Shown: positions 1 to 11,700 of the stretch, in pieces | Position numbering within the stretch: the stretch's first letter is position 1 | Layout of the letters: every line of letters begins with the position of its first letter | Position numbers and translations under genes: made by a program | Assembly: GCA_046563655.1 (NCBI GenBank) | Contig: CM102290.1 | Coordinates: forward strand, 5,394,001-5,458,000 | Length of the DNA stretch: 64,000 nt | Reading direction: 5' to 3' | Source: Yuukianura sp. NJ FZ-2021 | Taxonomy: Eukaryota | Notes under the pieces: generated by a model | What the model saw: only the letters and a program-made list of their open reading frames with translations | What the model was told of the DNA's origin: nothing | The model's database searches: none

Positions 1-3000
1 AGTTCCAACGGACTCCAAGGACCTTTCAATTCCACTGAAATCTAAAAACATATTTAATTAAAGTCAAATTTATATTGAATTCAACAAGTAAAGCATAACG
101 AATGATTTACCCTTGCGCGGTCCTGCGGAGGAGGAACCATGTAAATGATGTCGTTCATTTTTTCAATTTGTGCTTCGTTATGTGCCTTCATTCGTGTTGT
201 GTCTCCGTTTCTCATTATGTTTGCCGCTTGTTTCCGAACGTCGTTATTTTGCTACATAAAAATTCAAATACAACAAAAATGGAAAATCCAAGTACGATTG
301 CAATTGATTCAGGCAAAATTAATGACGTTGGTTCCATGTAGTAACTCCTTCAGCATTTAAATTAATTTTGGTCCAGGCCCATTAATGTCGAAAAACGCCT
401 CTTGTGATGTTGTGTCTACAAAGTTAATTTACTTTGAACAGGAATCTGCACTTCTCCATGCGTCTTACCATGCACTCAGGATTCTCTTGAACAATTTCTG
501 CAAAACCATCCTCCACTAATCTTCGATTTACGTTATGCAACTGAGGTGGGCCATTCGGATTCAAAGCATTCGGGCTCACTCCATACAATGTCCCGGCAAT
601 TACGGATCGTGTAACGCTGAAAATCTGTCGGAGTTAGTGTAGAAAAAGCATATCAAATTCAATTCAACTCAATTGAACAGCATTCTTTGAAGATGAGCTT
701 ACTTCCATCTTCTTTGGAATTGGATTCTTCACGAACTCTTTCATATTCCGGATGACGGAATCATGCCAAACAGATCCATACAACACGGCTGGTTTGATAT
801 CAGCCAGGCGGCATTCAACAGCCTATAAAATCCAAATATCTCAATATCATATTTAACTCAATATCATATTTAAGTTGATTAAAATATCAATTATCGATTC
901 CGATTTAGATTCACACTTGTTGAGTGGATTAACATACCATACAAAGTTCCGTCAGAACTCCATGTCTCCTGTGCACCTCATTGAAGTCGTAGAGGTCTCT
1001 GGTAGGCAGCCACTCGGAATTTCCGTAATCCACAAAGTACACCTAGTAGATCCAACACCAATTACTGTTCAACTTTTTAAAATTTTGATAAAATAGAATT
1101 TATTCGTGGAATATGGTCAAAGAGAAGAACCAACCAGTGCTTTCCTTTGCCTGCCAAGAGCACAATCAACGGACCGAATTCTGGCTCTGTAGAAAAGCGT
1201 AATGCTTCCTCCATTGTCAGTCGTAGTAAATGGAGCAAGACACAATGCTCCCGGCCCAATTTGCTCATCTCTCAATGGAATTCGTCTTTCCATGTTCGTG
1301 TTGATGATCTCACTCACTTCGTTCAACCTCTGCTCATTTCTGGTGTACACAACCCAGAACTGGCTTGGACTTTCCATCTGTAAACATAACTGGTTAACGT
1401 GAAATGTTTCCAAAAATAAAAACATTGAAATCAGATCGTTACGTGTGTCAAAATCAGCGGAAACTCTTTGACGAAGATCGGAGGAAGTTCAACTTGATCT
1501 GGACACTTTATATACTTTGCTGATCGATCCCGTAACAAACGTTCCTGTTTAGCCAAGTAGTCGTACTCATCCTGTTTCCTAAATTAAATCAATTAATTGA
1601 ACAACTGGACACTATTCACTGGTGATTTATGAACGAAAATGACAAAGTCTTACGAAAGGACTTTAAATGACATCCTCTCCCTCAACTGCCGTTTTTTGAC
1701 AGCAGTGTACACACTTTTACTGATTGGTCCAATCTTCTCTGTGGATCCGTCAAATTCTACAAGAACTTTCTGCCCATCAAACGTCACTTTCGGAATGCCA
1801 GCTCCAAAGGCATACTTTTCCGCAATGATTCCCCCGTATCTGACATAAAAATTAGTAATAATAATAATAATAATTATAATAATTAAATAAGTAGTTAGGA
1901 TATACAACACAAACTTACAATGTTTTGCAGTGGTCTCCAGTGAACCCCTTAAAAAACACGGTATTAAATAAGTTCCCGCCGTGGATTTCCCTGTACCTCT
2001 CACGTTCGTAGTCTTGGCGAGGACGCTGGCGATGAAAGTAGTTGGGATAAAAGGCTCCGGCAATTGCAATCTAACATAAAAGCATAAAATCAAAGTCATC
2101 AAATCCACAAGCACACATTCATTTCTATTCTGTAGTTCTAACAATTTCACTTACTTTGATCACCGAAAGTTGTTCCTTTGTCAATTCACCTGGAGTAGCA
2201 GAAGCAGTTCCAAAGGAAAATGGAAAAGCGCGGACGTTAGCCCCTTTGAGTCTGTTGTTCAGTTCGTCTATCAGCGTCTTCATTTCCCTAAACAATTGAG
2301 AGGAATACAGATTAGTGTTGGACATCTCACGAATGTTAGGGGCGAGTAAACTCACTTCAGACCAGCAATATGAACGTTACTCATTTTGGCCCAAGACCGT
2401 TCAGAGGGCCCTCGTCTCTGACTATTGAACTTGGAATCCCATTCCTAGTTCAAACACAAACGAATTAGTGCATCTATCTCCCAGTGAGAAGTAGGACGCA
2501 AAGTATTGGACACAAAGCATTGCTTAGTTGTGTTCTTACGTTGTACAAATGCAGAATAGCGAGACAATCCGAGTAGCCTTTTTTAGACCAAGCGAACTTC
2601 GTGTGGTAAGAAGCAAGTTTATGATGGAACGACGTAGAAAATGGACTCTTCACACTCAGGCCAGCAGCTGCATTTCAATTAAAAACAAAACAGGAATTAC
2701 CTAAGTCAATCTAAAAATTTTGAAAATGAGCTTACCAATGATGACACACTCCTTCAAAACGCAGAAAGCATGGCCCAGCATTATGAGTCTCACGCACTGA
2801 TGGGGTATTGGCAGTTGACTCATCAATTTCCCAAGGAACGTCAAGTCTCCGTCAAAAATGTCATAGCGACGCTCGTTTGTAACTTTGTCAGTCACTTCCA
2901 TAGTGAGTCCACCCAACTACAAAGAAATTCCAAGTGTTGATGCATTAATTACTTTAGTAATAATAATAATAATTATTATATATTAATTATTATCTGTGTA

Positions 3001-6000
3001 CTAATGACTTACTTCTTTGAGATTCACAATTGCACGTTCGATTCCAGCGGACTGCGGAGCATCAATAGACAGAGAAAGCATGTGTTGGGGGTTGCCCATG
3101 TCGAAGGATTTAACTCGCACAATGACAGTTTCCAGACCAGCCCTCAGCATTTCCGGCACGGTGTCTTTTTCCATTTTCTGTAGAACAAAGAAACAAAATT
3201 TTAAACAGAATCTATTCAAATTCTATTCCAAATTGATACTTTACCAAATAGAAACTCTTGGGAACAAGTCTAAAAACGTAGCCTTGCCCCACACGACCAG
3301 TTCTTCCTTTACGTTGTATACATTGACTCAAACTGGCCCAAACCGTTCGCAAGCAACTGAAGTTCGTTCTAGAATCCAAGTCCTGAGATTTCGTAAGACA
3401 GAAGTCGATTACTGCAAAAGAAAAAATAATGATAGTGTTGCTTCCGGTAGACTATGCTCACTAATTGTAAATCGAAGTACCGTAAACAATGTCCGGAACT
3501 GTGATAGAGCTTTCGGCAATGTTCGTGGACAAAATGATTTTCCGAGATTGCTTTTCAGTAGGAGCAAAAGCTCTCTGTTGTTCTTCCGTCGTAATGGTCG
3601 AGTGTAAGGGAATGATAGTCCATTTTTCCATGTTCGGTTTCCCGTGTCTTGAAACAACAATTAGTTAGTTAACAACATTAGTTAAAGATTCACGATAATT
3701 AACAATAGCTTGTTATCCACCATTACTTGTTACTTTCTGCCTCCAGACGTTTGGCCATTGTGTCAATCTCGGCAAAACCAGGCAAGAACACAAGAACGGA
3801 ACCACGGTTATCCTACACAAGGACGCAAACAAATGAGTAACGATGAGCGAGCGATGAAACGCTAATTGAAGAGTTAATGATTTTAATTGAGTGCCTCTTA
3901 CCGGTTTCATATGAGCATAAATTTGACCTCTGGCATAACGTGGATCACACCGTCCAGTTTCCTTCGTTCTGTCGATCACATCCAAATTCACAATCGTTCT
4001 TACTGCCACGTCATAAATGCTGTTATGGAGCACGGCCTTTTCCCGAGTGAATTCCAGTTCCTTCATTTCCCTCTACAGAGCATAAATCATAAAAATAAGG
4101 AATATAAATATAAAGTGGAATATTTTTTCAGAAAGATGAATTTCATGACATTATTTTCCTTACATCATCCATTTGATCTTCCAAGAATTGTTCCTGGATA
4201 GCATGTGTAGCCAATTCCAATGGGATTTTGATGATCGGAGCTTTTTCGACTTCCCCATACTTACGACGCACAAGACTAAAGTACTGTGAGAACTTCTGAG
4301 CATTGAGTGTTGCCGACATGAGAATAATCTTCACATGTCGCTCTTGACCCGTTTTGTCTTCCATCAAAATCTTCTTGATGATGAGAAGTAGGAAGTCGGA
4401 CTCCAAGTCACGCTCATGAACTTCATCAATAACTATGTGAGTGAACTTCTTGAGAGAACGATCACTGATCAACTTCTGTAGCAGAACACCCGTCGTCATG
4501 TATGTTATCAATGTATCTCGTCCAATGTGTTTGTCCATCCCAACCTAATGAAAATAAGTTAAGTAAATGTCAGTTAATGCTAATCGATAAACGTAAAGGA
4601 TACATTGTGGAGTGGAAAAAGCGAATTTAGTTAGTACGTACTTGATAGCCCACGACGTCCCCCATGTTCCAACCTCTCTCTTCACAAACTCTTCTGCAAA
4701 CGGAAATTGTGGCAATTCGCCTTGGCTGGGTTACAACGATGTCACAGGCTTGTTGGTTCTGTACACAGTGGTCCATAATGAATTGTGGCACCTGAAATTA
4801 AGTGTCAAAGAAAAATATAATACAAATATAATATAATTTATAGCATGTAGCACACCTTCCAGGTAGCTCTGTCACTGTACATACTAAAAGTAAGCAAAAT
4901 TATCACGTCCTTACTTGAGTAGTTTTACCACAGCCAGTGAACCCTTCAACCACCACAATATGATTTTTGATAATCGCATCAAGAATCTGCAATCAAATTC
5001 ATAAACATTCAAAACGAGTTTAATTTTGATTAGTTTAGTGCTATGATTGGATCTTGGATGATTTGGAACCGTGTCTTTGTGTTGATAGACGGCCAACTTC
5101 TGGATATGCGGGTATTTGAAATACTTGAAGTCGTATTTTTGTGGTAATCCTCTCTGTTTGAAGTAACGTTGTTGCTTTTCAATAACAGGAGTCGTCGTGT
5201 TGTGGTCTTTGGGTGCTTCGTCTTCAGCGTCAGAATCTTCATGCTGGATAAGGAAAATGAATGAAGGAAAATCAATTTATGTTTAGAAACTAGTTAAAAG
5301 TATAAGAATTTTTAATGGATTGTGTTTGTGTACGTGGTAGACAATTGGTTGATGATGTCCAGTTCTAGGTTCGTCGCTGTGTCCAGGTTCTTCTTCTTCT
5401 TGTCCATCTCCTTCTTCTTGTCCTTCGTCATCTTCTTGTCGTCCGCCATCTTGTCTTCTTCCTGCTTCTTGTCCCTGTTCTGGTTGTCTTGCCTTCGGTT
5501 GTTCCATCAAAGTAACGTCCAGTTCTGCCTTGCTGTCTCGTTCAACAAGTGGCAGTGGCCGTGAAGACAAGTGAAACACGTTTGTAAGCGGCAGCTCCAC
5601 CGGGGATTCGTTGTCATTTTGTCTCGCCAGCTCTGAGTCAACTGAAGATGTTTGCTGTGACGTAGTAAAGGTATTGCCTTGTCCTTCTTCCTTATCATTA
5701 GCCATGTCACGATCTTCGATAGTCGGAGGTTGCATTCTTTTAGGAGGAGGCGGTTGGACAGTTGGAGGCGGAGGAGGCATTCTTTTAGGAGGTTGAATAG
5801 TTGGAGGCGGAGGAGGCATTCTTTTAGGAGGAGGTTGGACAGCTGGAGACGCAGGCTGCCTTCTTTTACTTTGTCTGATTTCCGGTTCTTGTTTCACGTA
5901 AACATCTTCATGCTCGTCCTCTGACGAATGACCAAAACGGGCTAGCGGTGATGACGGTGTGTAGATAGTTGGAGATCCGGCTAATACCCGTTCAGATCGC

Positions 6001-6521
6001 TGATTGCTAGTCGAAGGTTCTGGAGTCCTCTTTCTATAGGTTGGTGATGACGGCGTATACATGTGATCTTCAACTTCCTGATCCATGTCGTCGTCAGAAA
6101 TTTCATCATCGGTTGTAGGATTTGCGGGATGTTTATTCGTTGATGAAGAACGCAGATTGTAATCTTCATTTTGCTCTGGTTCTTCTGGTTCCTCCTTCAC
6201 ATTAATAGTTTCTTCCTCGTCCTCATGTGGATAAACAATGAGAGGTGATGATGGTGTGTAAATGGTGTCATCGTTTGCCATATCGAAACTATCATTCAAC
6301 GGAACAGGTTCTGCTGGTGGAGATGGTGGCGCATCCGGATCGTGTTTAACACGAATGTTCGGATCGTAAGGTATCGTGGTTCCGGAACCAGATGGAACGG
6401 CATCTGGATCTGCCTTGAAATGCGTTCTCAGCGGTCCCACATGCTCGTCAGGTTCATGTCTATGTTTCCGCTTCTTTGACTTGTGTCGGTCGTCTTTCTT
6501 CGATTTCTTTTCCTTTCCCAT
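1..6521 (-). CDS. spn-E: Spindle-E / TDRD9 DExH-box RNA helicase with Tudor domain (piRNA pathway); multi-exon, 3' end runs off the left edge
   Basis: Spliced exons give Walker A GFTGCGKTTQ (~4920-4950), YMTTGVLL, DEVHER, MSATL, STNIAESSITVPDI and QRKGRTGRV, an HA2-like region, then a Tudor exon (GALCLAPF...FYRARI, ~1170-1260) and LKGPWSPLE at the edge. Likely ATG at 6521 (MGKEKK). Confidence 0.93.
5729..5845 (-). repeat. ~39-bp coding tandem repeat (x3) encoding QPPPKRMPPPPPT in the Spn-E N-terminus
   Basis: Repeated GGAGGCGGAGGAGGCATTCTTTTAGGAGG units. Confidence 0.85.
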
Positions 6522-6879
6522 TATGTCTGGCTGTTTCCCGATGAAATCCAAGTAATCTATTTAGTCAACAACTGCAGTGACACAACGGTATTAACAAACT
6601 AATTGGAATTCAAATTTACCTTAGGTAGAACCTTATCTTCGTCCTGCAAGGTGTCAGATCATATGGAGTCTATACAAATGTATTGAGTTGAAGAAATCCC
6701 GTCAATCTCTGGATACAGAACCCAAAGTTTGTTAGGTCTGTACTCAATGGCTCAGAAGAATTTGTACTCCGAAGCAAAATATCGTTTATGGGGTCACTAG
6801 GTCTTACCCAAATTACTAATTAATCCTTCTTGTCTTAGACAAAGATCCAAATGGATGATGCGAAAACGCTACGCACTTC

Positions 6880-6888
6880 TATTTATAC
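6880..6888 (-). promoter_or_regulatory. Candidate TATA box for spn-E
   Basis: TATAAATA on the minus strand, upstream of apparent 5' UTR exons (donors near 6806 and 6619). Motif match only. Confidence 0.3.
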
Positions 6889-7573
6889 TCTTTTCAAAAC
6901 AAAAGAAGAAGAGAGAAACGAGGAGGGAGACGGCGAGGAGCCTTCAAAAACGAAACTGAAGAAATTTGTCTTTCGCGTCCTCCAGTTGAAGTAAAGACTA
7001 CACACCATACTTGTGACATTGTCTACCTTTTAACGACGCGAAGAATTACTGGATATATTGAAGTGATAGAAGCTAGATACAAATATAACGTTAGATTAAT
7101 AAGGCGTCGAGTACGTTAGTTAGGTTGTTTTGCAAAGCCGAGAGTTGTTGTACTAGGATATTATTTTATTTAATTCAATATTTAATTCAATTTAATTTAA
7201 TTAAATTTAAAGGCATTTTCTTAGTAGTAGAGTACAATAGTAGGTGAGGCTCCGTACTTCAACCGTTGTGTTACTTTTAATTTCTGGGTAAAAATAATAT
7301 CACACGTGTGACCTACACACTACTTAAATTGTGAAATCAAAACATTTTCGCACAATGGTAATTTATACGCAATGACGTACGTGGTGATGATGATGCACTT
7401 AAACCATCCCGTTTATCATCGATACATGTCCAGGTCCAGCTGAGAGGTGTAAGTCAGTGTGTCATTCCATTCAGCTACAGTAAATATTTCCTTTATCTTT
7501 GATTCTGATTTAATATCTTTGATTATATTTCTATTTGATTAAATTTAAGGTTCAGACTCATACATTGGGAAAT

Positions 7574-8539
7574 ATGCGAAGATGCGTGGTGAACTTATTC
7601 AATGTAACTACCAGACCGGGGATTGCTACAACTACAACTAATCAATGGCAACGCTTAATCCTGGTGAACCATTTTGGTACTGACACCAAGCAGTCTACTT
7701 TTAACAATGACCTTTACACCCCTCTGACACTTTTCCAACGAACTGTGCTGACTGTCGGCACAGGACTATCATCATTCTTGGATCCCACTCGGGCAGGTCA
7801 GAACCCCAACAATAAGTTTGCAGAGATTTCGAAACTTTGTTAGTCATTTCGGTGCTAATTTTAGTTGATACATTTTTAGAATCAATTGCTGTATTTGGGG
7901 AAGTTACGGCCGAACCAGCACTGAGAAGAATACACCAAGCGATGATGGCAGACCCCGAAGGAGTTGAAATACTTCGAGAGAAGCCACGAATCAATTCCAA
8001 AACAATCGACCTTCACAGACTATCGCAATTACCTCCAGAAACATTCGGGAGAACGTATTACGAGTATCTCAAAACCAACAAAGTCACTCCCGATACTCGA
8101 CTCCAAGTTCGTTTCATCCAAGATCCAGAACTTGCTTATGTGATGCAGAGGTATAGAGAAATTCATGACCTCGTTCACACACTGACAGGTCAACCCACAA
8201 ATATGCTAGGTAAACCCACCACATATTGTCTGTCTGTCACACAAACGTTGTTCCGACGTAATTAGTAAGTTGATTGATTTCTTAGGCGAAGTTGTGGTGA
8301 AGTGGATAGAAGGAATCCAGACTGGCCTTCCAATGTGCGTAACCGGCGGACTGTTTGGTGCAACTCGGCTCAAACCGAAACAGCGGCAGAAGTATATCCA
8401 AAGTCATCTTCCTTGGGCCATCCGTGTTGGTCTCGCCTCCCGTCCATTTTTAGGAATTTACTACGAAAGACATTGGGAAGACTCAGTCACAGAATTCAGA
8501 AATTCCATTTGTCCCCTATTGAACAAACCACCAGCTTAA
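7574..8539 (+). CDS. COQ4: Ubiquinone biosynthesis protein COQ4, mitochondrial (3 exons)
   Basis: [59 protein letters not shown] (HDxxH...E motif); GT-AG introns after 7796 and ~8209. Confidence 0.95.
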
Positions 8540-8755
8540 GTTTAGGCGAACAAAAACGGTAGTAATCATTTATTTGCGATCCGAATATTAAAATGTAAGT
8601 TACAACGTGGTTTGCTTAGTAATAAAGTTTCAGGTAAAAGTTAGGCCATCCAACCTAACATATAACTGCAGTGTTAAGAAATTGTTAAGTAAAATTGCTG
8701 GTACGGTCATTTAAAACAAAAAGCTATTGCAAGTTGTATCAGATTGTCACTTGGT

Positions 8756-11700
8756 TCACTGTACTGGTGGATTGAGAGCCCAAAGTGTCGCTGTCTTGTC
8801 AGCACTCGTTGATAGAAAACTGAATTCGGTGGGATGCCATCGTCCGGATATGACTCTGTCAGCATGAGAACCCACCACGATGGAACTCAATGGCAGAGAT
8901 AAGTCGCCTTGCAGGTCAGTGAGCATCAGGCGTTGATCATATCTAAAGAAAATCACAATTACTCAAATAACTCAATTAATCACATCAGCTTCTGTGTCTT
9001 TAGTACCCGGCAGACAGGAGATAGTATGCATTTGGTGAGAATCTGACCGACTTGACATCTGATCCATGCGGTTTGAATGTCTGGATTTGTCTGTTCCCGC
9101 GAATGTCGAACAGGACGATGGCTCCGTCTTCATGTCCAGACACGAGCAGTCTTCCGGTGGGATCCACCGCTACAGATCCAACGGCTGACTTGGTTGTCAA
9201 GGAATTGGGAGCAGTCAGTGGCGAAATCATGTTGACGCAGTCACGCGATCGCAAGTCCCACATACGAATCGTCTTGTCCTGCGATCCACTCGCGAACATC
9301 ACACCACCCCAGTTGTACAACGACAAGATCGGAGCTGGAATCAAAAACAACAATGTTTGGTTAATAATTAGCAGACCTGCCAAAAATATTTACTAAAAAC
9401 CAGCGAAGTATTTAAATAAATACAATATTTACTGAAAAAGTTCCAAATATTTACGAATTTAACATGAAACACAAATATATATTTATTAACGAAAAGACCC
9501 GAAATATTGATTTTGTTAACATTACAGACATGGGAACTAAATATTTTTGGCAGATCTGATAATTAGCCTAACCTAATCAAGTAATCTAACATTCTAATCT
9601 ACGGAAACAAGAAGATGAATCAAGAATTTGGTCCCACGCATGCGTAGGAGGTGTTTATGTGAAGGCGGGTGGTTTGGCCTGTTACTTCCTACTAATCGAA
9701 CCTAAGTGAACGATATGATGCCAATTACCTCGTTCACCTACAAGGATCCACCATGCTAACAGTAAACTCTGCACGTACTTCCTTCATTTACATAAAAATG
9801 TTAAACTACTAATTCCGCTCATTCTCTCTTTTGTCTTTTCAGACGTCGTTTCACTTCAATTCTTTCCATTAATTCATTAAAATGAGTCCAACGGCGCCAA
9901 ACACGTCAACATTTCCGGAAACTCGTCGCCATTTCTCTCAAAACATGTCATACTAAGAATGCGAAGGTCAGAGGTGTTTGTGCTACGGTTTCGTAAAATT
10001 TACGGCCTCAATTGAGAACGCGGTTGGGGTGACTATTCCTCAGAATCGTATGTTAGGTTTTGTAATCATCGCAATTCTGAGGATTAGACACTTTTTTCAC
10101 ACCTCGTTCTGAATTCGCGAACATGAAATGGACCAATGAGAAGGCAGCTTACCCGAGTGTCCAGTAAAAGCTTGGAAGGGAGTGGACGTCATGCAGTCGG
10201 TCACATAAATTTTGCAGTCTCCCGCCCCACCACTCACTAGGAGCGACGCCTTGTTGCTCAAATCCTGCAAGCATCAACAAAAATTAGTCCGGAAAAGTAC
10301 TTTTGGAAGTACTTTTTGGTACTGGCAAGCCTTGGAAGTACTTGGACAGAGAATGTGCTGCGGCATAAGACTAAAAATGACGTACCTCGATGAAGCAAAG
10401 GTCACGCACAGTTCCATCGTGCATAGTCAACTCAATTTCGTCTGAACTGCCAAACTCCTTGCGCGTGTCATCGAATCTCGTCAATTTTACTGTCTTATCG
10501 TTACTGCCGGTCGCAAGCAGATTTCCGTCTGGTGCCCATCCCAAGCAGTAGATTGATCCCTACGCTCACAAAAAAAGAGAGAATTTTAAGTACCAGATTC
10601 AAAATTTTCAAAAAAGAAAAAATTTCAAAGTTTTTGAATTTTACCCTGTGGTGCTTGTTTCTCTTAAATAGAACCAAGGGTTCATGGGCGACATGTCCTT
10701 TGGCAATGTGTTGCGTGTCTGGATATGCACAGACGCGAAGAGTCTTTGAATTGGATCCAACTGCGTAGACATGCCCTCTTGGGTGGAATTCAGCACAGCG
10801 AATGGCCTGGACATCCTCCAGCGTCGTCACGGCCAGGAATTTCGGCTTCCCATTCTGATTTCCAGGTACTTCATTCTAAAAAAAAACAAATTTCAAAAAT
10901 CCTCTTTTTCATAAATGAACAATAGACATTTCAAGGTCACTCGTCAGTTTGACAGTAGAGGTCAACAGTGATTTGAAAAGAGAAGATTGGAGAAGCGTGT
11001 GAAAAGGAGAGTTAACGATGCGTGTGATGATTCCATTGACTCTGCATCAATCAAATGATGATGATGATGATGATGATGCACGAGTATGAAGTGCGACTCA
11101 GCGGGAAGCGTGACATGAGGATGACATTTGAGCCGTGTCATTTCCATCAGAAACTGAAGATGGCTGAGGCATGCGCAGTAGTAGCGCGTCCATTTAGCAA
11201 TTAATTGTGGATCTAACCATCCTAACAATGGATTCATGTAGAGCGGAAAGCGACATACAAAAAAAAAGTCGTGAGTGAGACCAATTTCAAAATTTCATTT
11301 TTAGCCGCCACTTTCAAAATTTCAACATTCAACTTTCAGATGGCGAAACCAAAGGAAACGGAAAGTAAACAATGACAAACAATTTGCATTCGTGCTTAAA
11401 CTAATTCTCAAATAAAAGTTGTCAGGGTCAAGGGCCCCCTGTGATGGCCAAGGGATCTGTCACTGTCAATACCACTTCTACTTTTGTACGACGCAAAAAG
11501 CTGTGCGTATTTGTACTAATTTCGTGTAATATGCGCAGGGTCATAAAAACACTTCCAAATATGGTCTGATTTTGGCCCCATTTTTGTTAATGAGGCCTCA
11601 ACAATGAGTGTGATTAGTTCCTTTGTTACTTTGCTGTAGACAATATGCTTGTTTTTTGCTGTAGGCAAAGAAACAAGCAAATTGATTAATCGATTAGTTT

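Noticed and set aside
363..416. Possible alternative acceptor in spn-E giving a short terminal exon (TQHHKRR...stop)
   Set aside because: The acceptor at 251 gives the homologous open frame. Nothing else supports the upstream one.
3017..3607. 196-aa plus-strand ORF, and similar antisense ORFs at 50320-50796, 56235-56774 and 33682-34146
   Set aside because: Antisense to well-supported exons, crossing introns, with no recognisable motifs.
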